DNA of 44,770 nucleotides, taken from IMG/VR virus record IMGVR_UViG_3300043811_000019, positions 1 to 44,770 of that record; one strand, 5' to 3'. Numbering within the stretch: the first letter of the stretch is position 1; each line of letters opens with the position of its first letter. Positions 36,244 to 44,603 of the stretch are shown one piece after another. A program made the translations under genes and the position numbers. The DNA comes from a virus (lineage: Duplodnaviria; Caudoviricetes). The notes beneath the pieces were generated by a model. The model was not told the DNA's origin. It was given only the letters and a program-made list of their open reading frames with translations, and made no database searches.

Positions 36244-36601
36244 GTGGCTGGACTTCAATGTTTCGGCCTACGAGAAGATCAAGGCGTTATCCGCCAAGGT
36301 GCCGCATGACCTGAACACCCGGACCAAGGGAATCGAGCAGATCATCGAAACCCTGATGCAGGAGCAGTTTGAAATCGCGGAGACACTGGCGACAATAAAA
36401 TACTTCTACGACGTAGCCTATGCCGAGGCGGTCATGGAGAGGTACGAGGAAAACCCGAAGATGAGTACGACACTGATAAAGGCCGAGGCTGAGGGGGATG
36501 TGGCCCAGATCACGCAACTGAATGCTTATGGGTCGCACATTTGGCAGGCTATCGAGAGGGCTCTTATGTCGGCACAGTCGTTATTGAAACGGGTTCCATA
36601 A
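36203..36601 (+). CDS. Helical hypothetical protein (weakly UvsY-like)
   Basis: GGAGG RBS; long helices; similarity judged by eye only. Confidence 0.55.
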   Translation: MTPYVFKDEKIQSEWLDFNVSAYEKIKALSAKVPHDLNTRTKGIEQIIETLMQEQFEIAETLATIKYFYDVAYAEAVMERYEENPKMSTTLIKAEAEGDVAQITQLNAYGSHIWQAIERALMSAQSLLKRVP

Positions 36602-36972
36602 TGCTCCAAGCAATGCATTTTAAAAAAGAAAGTTATCACCGCAGAACAAGCCCGGTGAAAGGAAGGATACTTTGGCCTATGGCGGACGCAATGGGGATTT
36701 ACTTTCGGCAGAAGGGATGGATACCTGAATACAGGTTTAATTCTAAAAGACGGTGGCGCTTTGACTGGGCGTTGGTTGCCCGGAAAGTGGCGATTGAAAT
36801 TGAGGGTGGAGTCTGGACTGGCGGTAGACATACCAGCGGCGCCGGGTTCCTGAAAGACTGCGAAAAATACAATTCAGCGGCCTTGATGGGCTGGACGGTT
36901 CTTCGCTACACCCCGAAACAAATCCAAGACGGCGCACCCTTACCCGACCTGGAAGCACTTGGAATTTTATGA
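36601..36972 (+). CDS. Vsr/DUF559-like PD-(D/E)xK endonuclease
   Basis: EYRF...RRWRFDWA....VAIEIEGGVW..GRH....GF.KDCEKYN.A...GW.VLR. Confidence 0.88.
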   Translation: MLQAMHFKKESYHRRTSPVKGRILWPMADAMGIYFRQKGWIPEYRFNSKRRWRFDWALVARKVAIEIEGGVWTGGRHTSGAGFLKDCEKYNSAALMGWTVLRYTPKQIQDGAPLPDLEALGIL

Positions 36973-37187
36973 GCGACCACGAACTAATCTACGTCAAATG
37001 CCTAGAGGGTTGCGAGTCCTACCTGGAAGCCAAGGAATACTATCTGCACCGGATGAACGATGAGGAAATCTTCTGCACGACCCACGGCCTACCCTACCAG
37101 CCAGCCCTTAATTTAAACGAGGATTAAAGTTGACTTTATACCCCATTGGGGGTACATCGTTCCCATCAAGCTTTTGAAAGGTTTCCA

Positions 37188-37343
37188 GTGAAAAAAGAAA
37201 AATACTTGAAGATCAGGATTTCCGGTGAGTCCTTGGAGCTTTTGAAGAAGGCGCAAAAAAAGAGCGGGATAGAAACCTTCTCGGCCTTCATTCGGGACTG
37301 TTTGCGGAAGATCATTGAAAATCTGAAAGCCGAAGGGAGATAA
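37188..37343 (+). CDS. Ribbon-helix-helix DNA-binding protein
   Basis: KYLKIRIS beta-ribbon, helix, G..TFSAFIRD helix; upstream TTGACT (37130) and palindrome TACCCCATTGGGG. Confidence 0.75.
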   Translation: MKKEKYLKIRISGESLELLKKAQKKSGIETFSAFIRDCLRKIIENLKAEGR

Positions 37344-37346
37344 GCC

Positions 37347-37547
37347 ATGCCGATTCACGGAAGCGGATTGCAGAAGGAAATGGTTAGGATGCGGCGGATT
37401 GGTGAAGGCCTTGGTTACCTCCGGCAAGCGAAATACCTGCGGATTGAGGCGGGATACCACATGCGGAAAGCCTCAACCCTTCAACGCCACGCCAAGAACC
37501 TGTTAGCCAAGGCAGACCGGGCAATGGGACTCGGAAAGGAGAACTGA
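37347..37547 (+). CDS. Hypothetical basic protein
   Basis: GGGAG RBS; tight packing. Confidence 0.55.
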   Translation: MPIHGSGLQKEMVRMRRIGEGLGYLRQAKYLRIEAGYHMRKASTLQRHAKNLLAKADRAMGLGKEN

Positions 37548-37548
37548 C

Positions 37549-37719
37549 ATGCCGATCTACGACCTCACATTCAAGGCCCAAGGCCACGACATAACGGTGG
37601 GAGTGATAGCGGACTCAGCGCAGAAGGCAATTGAAGCTTTTGAGATTAACCATCCACTAGCGGAGATTGTTGGGTGCGTTGAGGCGAAGGATGCGACTGA
37701 TCCGGTGGTGAGAATTTGA
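37549..37719 (+). CDS. Hypothetical protein (56 aa); not in the ORF track
   Basis: AAGGAG RBS; MPIYDLTFKAQGHDITVGVIADSAQKAIEAF... Confidence 0.55.
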   Translation: MPIYDLTFKAQGHDITVGVIADSAQKAIEAFEINHPLAEIVGCVEAKDATDPVVRI

Positions 37720-38039
37720 AAACGGTATGGATGGAAAACATTGAATGTCCGGTCTGCAAGAAGCCGATTGATGGGAGCAAGGTGTTTGGAGGGGAAGTGG
37801 GCACCGTCACCGTGACCTACGGTGAGGGAAGTTTCCCGAACATGAAGATCACCGACAAGATTTATTACGTCCACCTAACCGGCTATCCGTCTTGCCGGAA
37901 AAGGTTTGATGCGGGTTTGGATGAAAAGGAATCCGAGGTCTTCATGTGTGGACGGGGTAAAGAGTGGGACCGCCTAGAGGCCGAGGAATACAAGGAGATT
38001 CACCGAGACGACCCAAAGCCGCAAGGAGTGGGACTGTGA
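37716..38039 (+). CDS. Hypothetical Zn-ribbon protein
   Basis: CPVC and H...C motifs; TTGA overlap. Confidence 0.6.
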   Translation: MKTVWMENIECPVCKKPIDGSKVFGGEVGTVTVTYGEGSFPNMKITDKIYYVHLTGYPSCRKRFDAGLDEKESEVFMCGRGKEWDRLEAEEYKEIHRDDPKPQGVGL

Positions 38040-38215
38040 CCAACATTGAGAAGCTTAAAGAGGCCGAGAAATTGATCTACGAGGTTTTCATGGAAGCGAA
38101 AACGGAATACGCCGAGTTAGCCCTTAACTGTGCCTTCTCGGACGTACAGACGACCCGTATCAAGATGGAAGTCAAGCAGGAAGCCGAGTTGAACCAGATG
38201 AAACAAGGAGCGTAG
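38036..38215 (+). CDS. Hypothetical protein
   Basis: GTG overlapping the previous stop; helical. Confidence 0.5.
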   Translation: MTNIEKLKEAEKLIYEVFMEAKTEYAELALNCAFSDVQTTRIKMEVKQEAELNQMKQGA

Positions 38216-38217
38216 CC

Positions 38218-38706
38218 ATGGCGGTAAAAAACGAGCAGAAGACGGTTAAGACGATTTACAAACGGTTGACCAATGAAAAGGGGTTCGACAACTTCAAGCC
38301 CCACTGGCAACTGGAATTCACGGACGGAACCAAGGCCAAGCTTCACTTGGGGCAGGATAACGCCGAAGACCTTTGCGCGAAACTAACCGAAGGGTCCACC
38401 TACACCTTCACGCTCGAAGATGGCGTTTACAACGGAAAAGCTTGGGTCAAGGTCTGTGACGTACTTGGGAGCCATGCGCCTGTAAAGTCCCAAGGAAACG
38501 GGCAACAAACGCAAAAACAGGGCAATGCAGGAGAGCCTTTACCGGGTATCACTATGGGGAACATCATAAACAATGCCACCCTCTTAGCCTGCGCTCGGGT
38601 CCAGGCGGGACTCTGTGAGGGAACCCAAGAAGCGGCCTTGAAAGACCTGGACTTTTTTTCCCAATACTTCGAGAAGCAAGTACGCCGTGGGACGTTCACG
38701 TTTTGA
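38218..38706 (+). CDS. Hypothetical protein, possible OB-fold ssDNA-binding protein
   Basis: AAGGAG RBS; beta-rich aromatic N-domain, Gln/Gly linker, helical C-domain ending in Phe. Confidence 0.55.
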   Translation: MAVKNEQKTVKTIYKRLTNEKGFDNFKPHWQLEFTDGTKAKLHLGQDNAEDLCAKLTEGSTYTFTLEDGVYNGKAWVKVCDVLGSHAPVKSQGNGQQTQKQGNAGEPLPGITMGNIINNATLLACARVQAGLCEGTQEAALKDLDFFSQYFEKQVRRGTFTF

Positions 38707-39116
38707 TCGAACTCCGCAAGCCAAAAGGAAAGAACGGAGGGATAGGAGGAGGAGGTTCTAAGAACAAGCCGAAGTGGAAGCGCTCGAAGTTGAAGGTGGT
38801 ATCGAAGAAGCAGAGGAAGCGGCTTTTGAGCCTCAAGGAGAAGCGTGAGATTGTTTTGAACGCCCAGCACGAGCGCTGGGGAACAACTTTTTGCATGGCT
38901 TCAATCGCAAAGATACATCCTCAAGTTGGATGTTCTGGACGGTTGGATCTGGCCCATGTGAAGCCGGCAGGAAGATATGCGAAGGACCGGGACCACATGA
39001 CGAACCTGGGGATTCTATGCCGGGCTCATCATCGCCACTTCACGGTAACACCAGGACTCTACGACGTAGAGTATCGGACCCCAGAGATGCAGAAGTTCAT
39101 GGCTGAGTTGGAGTAG
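38703..39116 (+). CDS. HNH endonuclease
   Basis: C...LDLAHVKP.G......NLGILCRAHH. Confidence 0.8.
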   Translation: MIELRKPKGKNGGIGGGGSKNKPKWKRSKLKVVSKKQRKRLLSLKEKREIVLNAQHERWGTTFCMASIAKIHPQVGCSGRLDLAHVKPAGRYAKDRDHMTNLGILCRAHHRHFTVTPGLYDVEYRTPEMQKFMAELE

Positions 39117-39148
39117 CAACCATAGTTGGGTATGGACGCTAAAAGGAG

Positions 39149-39222
39149 CTTTCCGAGGTGTTACGGTAGCATACGTGGTTTGGGACCATGTGGACTCGGT
39201 TCAATTCCGGGCGGAAAGACCA
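39149..39222 (+). tRNA. tRNA-Pro (anticodon UGG) with encoded CCA
   Basis: Acceptor CTTTCCG/CGGAAAG-A-CCA; D arm GTGT/GCAT; anticodon arm CGTGG-TT-TGG-GA-CCATG; T arm CTCGG-TTCAATT-CCGGG. Confidence 0.88.
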
Positions 39223-39331
39223 GTATATGCCTCGATTAAAGTGGCAAGAGCGGCTTAAAAAACGCGAGAAGCAGGTTGCAGAAGGCCGTTTGTCGTCCAA
39301 AGAAGGATAATCAAGGAAAAAGGAGGAAGTT

Positions 39332-39667
39332 ATGAAAAAGAGAAAAAGGATTAAGTGGGATGAAGTGGTGCGGGCTGGATTGACTGTCTTGATGATGCTT
39401 GCGATTGGTGTAATGACAATCGGCTGCTCGTATTTCATGGGCAAAAAGGCTGCTTACGCGATTCAAACCGAAAACACCAATATTTCAATCCCGTGCCCTT
39501 ATGTTCCGCCTTTCAAAACTTACGAATCCAAAACAACCGAATGTGATGGCACCGGATGGACTTCCTACAAAATCCAAGACGGTTCTCTGCATTCATTTTA
39601 CTGCTCAGATAAAAACGAGGCTCTTTGGTTAGCCGCAAGGTTAAATCAGAACCCGAACAAGCGTTAG
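39332..39667 (+). CDS. Membrane-anchored hypothetical protein
   Basis: AGGAGG RBS; one TM segment ending TIGC. Confidence 0.6.
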   Translation: MKKRKRIKWDEVVRAGLTVLMMLAIGVMTIGCSYFMGKKAAYAIQTENTNISIPCPYVPPFKTYESKTTECDGTGWTSYKIQDGSLHSFYCSDKNEALWLAARLNQNPNKR

Positions 39668-39698
39668 CAGTCTAATCACACTTTGTCAGGAGGGGCGA

Positions 39699-39956
39699 GT
39701 GAAGAAGAAATCGAAACCCATAACGCCAGCGGTCAAAGAGTTGCGGGTTTACGAGACGCAGGTTTTTGGCGGGATCATTGATAGCGTCTTCACCGGCCCT
39801 GTAATTCGGAGCATTTCAACCGCCCATATCAAGAAGGCCGTTTTGAATGTCGGGGTAGTGCTGGAAATGGCGCGGACCAAGGAACAAGCCGAAGCGTGTT
39901 TGACGGCGGCGAAAGCGCTTCAAGACCTATGTGAAAAGATGAATGAGCGTCAGTAA
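39699..39956 (+). CDS. Hypothetical protein
   Basis: AGGAGG RBS before GTG. Confidence 0.6.
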   Translation: MKKKSKPITPAVKELRVYETQVFGGIIDSVFTGPVIRSISTAHIKKAVLNVGVVLEMARTKEQAEACLTAAKALQDLCEKMNERQ

Positions 39957-39967
39957 AGGAGGGTTCG

Positions 39968-40246
39968 ATGGCAGTTAACAAAAAGTTTCATGTGGACGTA
40001 GAAGTGGACATTGCGCGGTTCGCCCAAGAACTAGCGGCCAAGAATAACGAGGAACAGGCCATTTTCTTCAATGTTTTCTTTCAGGCCCTTAAAGAGCGTT
40101 GCGGCGACCAATTTCACCTGGAATGCCAGTGTCATTCGATTCGGGAAGGTGAAACCGGGAGCCTGCCGAGCATTGGATTAAGCCCCGGCGCAAAGGATTG
40201 TTGCTATACGCTGAGTGGGATGTTCAACGAAAAGTCTGACAAATAG
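39968..40246 (+). CDS. Hypothetical protein
   Basis: AAGGAGG RBS; A.EL......EQA.FFN motif. Confidence 0.65.
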   Translation: MAVNKKFHVDVEVDIARFAQELAAKNNEEQAIFFNVFFQALKERCGDQFHLECQCHSIREGETGSLPSIGLSPGAKDCCYTLSGMFNEKSDK

Positions 40247-40284
40247 TTACCAAACCGCCGTACTAACGGAAGACAGGAGAGAAG

Positions 40285-40896
40285 ATGAAAAAGCACTGGA
40301 CGCAAAAGCTGGAAGAACTGAACGCCTGTAGTGATGCGGTCGAGTGGGCCTTCGATCAGAAAACCTTAAAAGACGCCTGGAAAAACTGCGAGCGCGGGGA
40401 CTGGATGCTCTGGCTTGCGGGTAAAATGTCAGGGCCGTCCGGGGATACAAAGCGCCGGAAACTGGTTTTGACCGCGTGCGAGTGCGCGCAGTTATCCTTG
40501 GCCTACGTGAAGCCCGGCGAGAAGCGCCCTGCTGAAGCGCTGAAGATCGCGACTGCGTGGGCGATCGGCGAAGAGGTGACTTTGGATGAGGTGAAGGCCG
40601 CCGCCACCGCCGCCTACGCCGCCTACGCCGCCACCGCCGCCTACGCCGCCTACGCCGCCTACGCCGCCACCGCCTACGCCGCCGCCACCGCCTACGCCGC
40701 CGCCGACGCCGCCGACGCCGCCGCCGCCACCGCCTACGCCGCCGACGCCGCCACCGCCACCGCCACCGCCTACGCCGCCTACGCCGCCACCGCCTACGCC
40801 GCCGCCACCGCCGACGCCGACGCCGCCAGAAAAAAGACTTTAAAGCAATGTGCGGACATCGTCCGTAAATATTATCCTGAACCGCCGAGATTGTGA
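40285..40896 (+). CDS. Ala-rich repeat protein (AC..AVEW...W..C.RGDWMLW family)
   Basis: AGGAG RBS; recurrent phage architecture with AAY tract and CADIVR C-terminus. Confidence 0.8.
   Translation: MKKHWTQKLEELNACSDAVEWAFDQKTLKDAWKNCERGDWMLWLAGKMSGPSGDTKRRKLVLTACECAQLSLAYVKPGEKRPAEALKIATAWAIGEEVTLDEVKAAATAAYAAYAATAAYAAYAAYAATAYAAATAYAAADAADAAAATAYAADAATATATAYAAYAATAYAAATADADAARKKTLKQCADIVRKYYPEPPRL
40597..40827 (+). repeat. In-frame low-complexity codon repeat (GCC/ACC/TAC/GAC only)
   Basis: 77 consecutive codons drawn from four triplets. Confidence 0.92.
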
Positions 40897-40984
40897 AAAG
40901 TTGAGTCGCCTCTAAGTGACAGGCGGCACGGTAGCGGTAGGTAGGTGAATGGCGGTTGCTGTTAAATTCAAAGGAGGCAGGAAA

Positions 40985-41248
40985 ATGGCTAAGAAATCTA
41001 AGAAGGTGGTTGTTCCGAAAAGCCGGTTGGTCAGGATAACAAACGACGAATTGCGCGAGTTTCGAATTGAGTACGGGAACAACTGGGATTCAGAAAACGT
41101 GCATTGCGACAGCATCGAGCAAGCTTATGAATACGCCAAGTTCAAGTCCGAGATCAAGTTGAGTGCGCCAGCCAATGAGTCGTTTATCTCGAAGATCGAA
41201 GACCTTGGAAGCGCCAAAGTAATCCTGGAAACCGCAGAAGTAAAGTAA
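40985..41248 (+). CDS. Hypothetical protein
   Basis: AAGGAGG RBS. Confidence 0.6.
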   Translation: MAKKSKKVVVPKSRLVRITNDELREFRIEYGNNWDSENVHCDSIEQAYEYAKFKSEIKLSAPANESFISKIEDLGSAKVILETAEVK

Positions 41249-41283
41249 TGGTCGAGCCAGTGAACTGATAGGGAGGGATAGAG

Positions 41284-41838
41284 ATGGAAAAAGTTGAAAC
41301 CGTGGTTTTAGAGGATTCGCCAGAAGCCGCCGTTTACCGGACGGATATCAAAGGATGGGTTAGCCGAAACGGTATTTTCCTTGGCGATAATCCGGATTCT
41401 GAAAGGTTGGCTCGATGGGAAGGTTCAACCCACAAGAAATGCGAAACCTGTGGTGAATTGGTGAAGCGTGGGAATTGGTGTACTCCATGCCACGATAAAA
41501 AGGAACACGAAGCTTATCTGAAAATGCCCAAGAAGAAGTGGGACGGTGAAGGCGGAATTTGCTGTGACGGTGACCGATTCTTTTGGAGCATCGAAGAAGC
41601 GGAAGACTATGCCGCCGACAATGGGACCGACCTAAGGGGCCTTGATTTGGTTATTTGTGAGCCGCAATACGCCGACGAGATTGAAGATTTATACGTCGAT
41701 ATCTTGCCGGAAGATCAAACCCTGGACGAAGTTTACCCGGCCTTGGCAAAGGCTATTGACAAAGTAAATGCTTTAATCCGTAAGCGGGAACAGCCTATTT
41801 CGTGGATTGGCGGGAAGTACCGCCTTGATTTGGATTAG
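41284..41838 (+). CDS. Conserved phage hypothetical protein with CxxC pairs
   Basis: DSPEAA......GWVSR.G.F...E..AR..G.TH..C..CG motif. Confidence 0.75.
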   Translation: MEKVETVVLEDSPEAAVYRTDIKGWVSRNGIFLGDNPDSERLARWEGSTHKKCETCGELVKRGNWCTPCHDKKEHEAYLKMPKKKWDGEGGICCDGDRFFWSIEEAEDYAADNGTDLRGLDLVICEPQYADEIEDLYVDILPEDQTLDEVYPALAKAIDKVNALIRKREQPISWIGGKYRLDLD

Positions 41839-41867
41839 CCCCAAGCCGTACTAAGACAGGAGCGAGG

Positions 41868-42185
41868 ATGGCCGACAAAATAAAAATTTCTAAGCTACTC
41901 AGAACTTGCGAGTCTTTTCCGGCTCAGTGGGAAGGTAGGACGAAAGAAGGGAAACGCTATTACTTCCGGTATCGGAGTGGCTTTTTCTATGTTCGGCAAT
42001 GCCCCGTGACAACGTGTTTGGAAGGACCAGTTGTTTTTGAATGGGATGGGCCACATGGCTATGCCGGGGAAATGACCGATGAGGATATGCTGAAACTTAC
42101 GCAAAATGTCTTTGATTGGTCTGAAACGAAATTTTTTAATCGAGATGATCGTTGGAAAAGGAATCGAAAAGTAGCCGCCGAATAG
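41868..42185 (+). CDS. Hypothetical protein
   Basis: AGGAG RBS; TC...P.QWEG....G..YYFRYR.G motif. Confidence 0.7.
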   Translation: MADKIKISKLLRTCESFPAQWEGRTKEGKRYYFRYRSGFFYVRQCPVTTCLEGPVVFEWDGPHGYAGEMTDEDMLKLTQNVFDWSETKFFNRDDRWKRNRKVAAE

Positions 42186-42213
42186 TGGCCGGCGGACGGT
42201 TGGAGGAAAGATA

Positions 42214-42372
42214 ATGGATTGGTGGGTTTTTAAAATTGGCCGCTTTACTTTGTTTCAATACTCAGTTGACGGCTATTGGCAGGATTGGGAGAAAATTTTT
42301 ATTCGCTGGCATTTCAAAGACGACCGTTACTTTCGACATTTAAAAATTGGACGAATGCAGGTTAATTGGTAA
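42214..42372 (+). CDS. Small Trp-rich hypothetical protein; not in the ORF track
   Basis: GGAGG RBS; 52 aa by hand translation. Confidence 0.5.
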   Translation: MDWWVFKIGRFTLFQYSVDGYWQDWEKIFIRWHFKDDRYFRHLKIGRMQVNW

Positions 42373-42433
42373 TTGAGTTAGCCGTAAGGTGAATGGCGGT
42401 TGCTTACAGAATTATTATTCAGGAGGGATAGCG

Positions 42434-42742
42434 ATGGGCGAGAATGGACTGATTTACGTTCCAGGAAGCTTTGTTTGCCCTAAGTGCCGGTTTCATCTCA
42501 TCAGTAAAAATCTTTATTTGAAAAGTGGTACTGTCGGGCCAAAGGCTTCGGGAGATCGGGAACCGTGTCCAGATTGTTTTGGCGTTTTCATGGAGCCGCA
42601 AACCTGGAAAGCCCACGCCGAAAGCTTGGAAGCAAACAGCGAACAGTCGTTTAAAAACGGATATGCTCTAGGATTCAGGACAGCGAAAAAAGGAAAACCG
42701 TTTAATGAGTATTTTGGACCCGTGCCGGATGATTTGAGGTAG
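42434..42742 (+). CDS. Zn-finger hypothetical protein
   Basis: AGGAGG RBS; YVPG.F.CPKC.F and CPDC. Confidence 0.7.
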   Translation: MGENGLIYVPGSFVCPKCRFHLISKNLYLKSGTVGPKASGDREPCPDCFGVFMEPQTWKAHAESLEANSEQSFKNGYALGFRTAKKGKPFNEYFGPVPDDLR

Positions 42743-42798
42743 CCAACAGCGTAGATAGTGAGCCGTCAAGATTGTTCTAGGAGAGGGGAGGGTGGAGG

Positions 42799-42996
42799 AT
42801 GAATACAACTGGCTTTGAGTTTGAAGCGGGCGAGTCTTATTGCCCTTGGTGCGAGGAATACGGCCATAGTTTAGAAGATTGCGCCGAAAGGGAAGATTGC
42901 GACAGCGATAGGGATGAGCCTGGATGGGTGACGCCGGTTACTCCACACAATGGCGACCCTATTCACGATTACTTGGCTGATAAGGGAAGAATCTAA
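42799..42996 (+). CDS. Acidic hypothetical protein with CCHC-like motif
   Basis: GGAGG RBS; CPWCEEYGHSLEDC. Confidence 0.55.
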   Translation: MNTTGFEFEAGESYCPWCEEYGHSLEDCAEREDCDSDRDEPGWVTPVTPHNGDPIHDYLADKGRI

Positions 42997-43317
42997 TAGA
43001 ATTATTATTCAAGAGGGACAGATGAACAAAGGCGATTGGTATTTGCTTTGGTGCCTTTTATTTCACTGGAAACGGGATAGCCAAGGACACCGGTTTTTCC
43101 AGGATGCTGATAAGACGGCTTATTGCGTGACTTGTGACAGGGGTTATTTTGAGTGAGGGAGGCAGGGGATGGAGTGGACAAGCACCTATGGAAAAGTAAC
43201 TCGGGTTTATGAAACCCAGGATACAATTTGGATCACGGTTGAGATGCCAAAAGAATTACATCCGCTTGAGGAACCGCTTAAGGATTGGTTGAAGGAAGAG
43301 CCTTATTGGAGGAATCT

Positions 43318-43689
43318 ATGACCGCAGAGCAAGAGGGACCATGGCACGCATGGCAACAAGAGAAAACCGGTAAGTGGTTTGTTGTGGCCTACGGGTATCA
43401 AGAATCCTGGGCCGCTGTCGGCAAAGAGTGGGCCGAATATATGGCGGTTCAATTCAACATGGCCCTGAATTTAAGCGCCAAGTTTGATTCAATGGCCGCT
43501 GAAGTTGCCCAGGTGCGCCAGGCTCTTGACGACCTAACAAAGCATTTTCACCCAACAGACGGAACGCGATTCCCTAGCCCGAAGGAATGTAGCGATTGCA
43601 AGTTACGGGCGAAATTTAACCTACCGCCGATGTTCCGGGACGAAGACTTTCCTGGACACGCAGAAGCCCTAAAGGAGAAGCCTCAATGA
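43318..43689 (+). CDS. Hypothetical protein
   Basis: GGAGG RBS before ATG 43318. Confidence 0.6.
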   Translation: MTAEQEGPWHAWQQEKTGKWFVVAYGYQESWAAVGKEWAEYMAVQFNMALNLSAKFDSMAAEVAQVRQALDDLTKHFHPTDGTRFPSPKECSDCKLRAKFNLPPMFRDEDFPGHAEALKEKPQ

Positions 43690-44144
43690 GCAAGCCGGAA
43701 CTGTTACCTTGCCCATTTTGCGGGAAAGCACCAAAGATGCCCGAGAATTATCAGGAGTTGGGCTATAACGAGGATTGCGACGAGTTTGCCATTTACTGTA
43801 GTCCCGGGTGCGGAATGATTGGGCCTTATGTTGACGGCGTTTGGAACTGCGACGAACCCACCGAAGCGGCGGAGTTTCAAGAACTTTTGCCGAAGGTGGT
43901 TGAGGCCTGGAACCGCCGCGCCCCACAGCCAGCGCCCACCGAGGCCCTGCGCTCATCCGGTGACTCGGACAGGTGGGAGGCGCTGAAGGCGTGGGCGATT
44001 GAACAGGATAGGCCCATACGCGGCGAATTGGACTACCACGCTGGGGCGGTCATACTCCGCAAGATGAAAGAGCTAGAGGCGGACTCCCTCTCGTCCTCCA
44101 AGCAGACGGTTGAGGGCGGCTCCACTAAGGAGAGGGGAAAGTGA
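43686..44144 (+). CDS. Lar-family restriction-alleviation-like protein
   Basis: LLPCPFCG N-terminus, C...CG and AWNRR signature. Confidence 0.8.
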   Translation: MSKPELLPCPFCGKAPKMPENYQELGYNEDCDEFAIYCSPGCGMIGPYVDGVWNCDEPTEAAEFQELLPKVVEAWNRRAPQPAPTEALRSSGDSDRWEALKAWAIEQDRPIRGELDYHAGAVILRKMKELEADSLSSSKQTVEGGSTKERGK

Positions 44145-44551
44145 AAAAATACTGCGTTGGATTTCTATTTGACGGTCAGGGCCACGTTGGGCTTATTTTA
44201 AAACAAAAGCCAGCGTGGCAAAAGGACCGCTGGAACGGGATTGGCGGTCATATCGAAGAAGGGGAAAGCCCGCTTGAGGCCATGCGCCGGGAGTTTCGCG
44301 AAGAAACTGGGGCAGGTGTTGAGGATTGGCATGAATTCGTTTGCGTGAAAGGCCAAAACTACGAGCTTCACTGTTTCAGCGCAGAAAAGGTCGTGCCGTT
44401 GAATCAAACAACCATTGAGCGCCCGGAATGGTTGCCGCTGGAATATCTTCGGAACTACAGACTACTGGATAACCTCGCGTGGTTAATCCCGATGGCCGGG
44501 TACAAATTTAAACTCAGGGGGGAGATATGGCACGACGACCCGGAATGTTAA
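44141..44551 (+). CDS. NUDIX hydrolase
   Basis: Nudix box GGHIEEGESPLEAMRREFREETG. Confidence 0.93.
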   Translation: MKKYCVGFLFDGQGHVGLILKQKPAWQKDRWNGIGGHIEEGESPLEAMRREFREETGAGVEDWHEFVCVKGQNYELHCFSAEKVVPLNQTTIERPEWLPLEYLRNYRLLDNLAWLIPMAGYKFKLRGEIWHDDPEC

Positions 44552-44603
44552 AGTTTATCGCCGCCGATGCCGCAGCAGACAAGGCGGAGGGGGAGAGGGG
44601 AAA

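Noticed and set aside
39149-39222. tRNA as an attP/integration site
   Set aside because: No integrase recognised and no duplicated tRNA 3' end seen.
851-44407. Other minus-strand ORFs in the track
   Set aside because: Nearly all overlap well-supported + strand genes, and none shows recognisable motifs.
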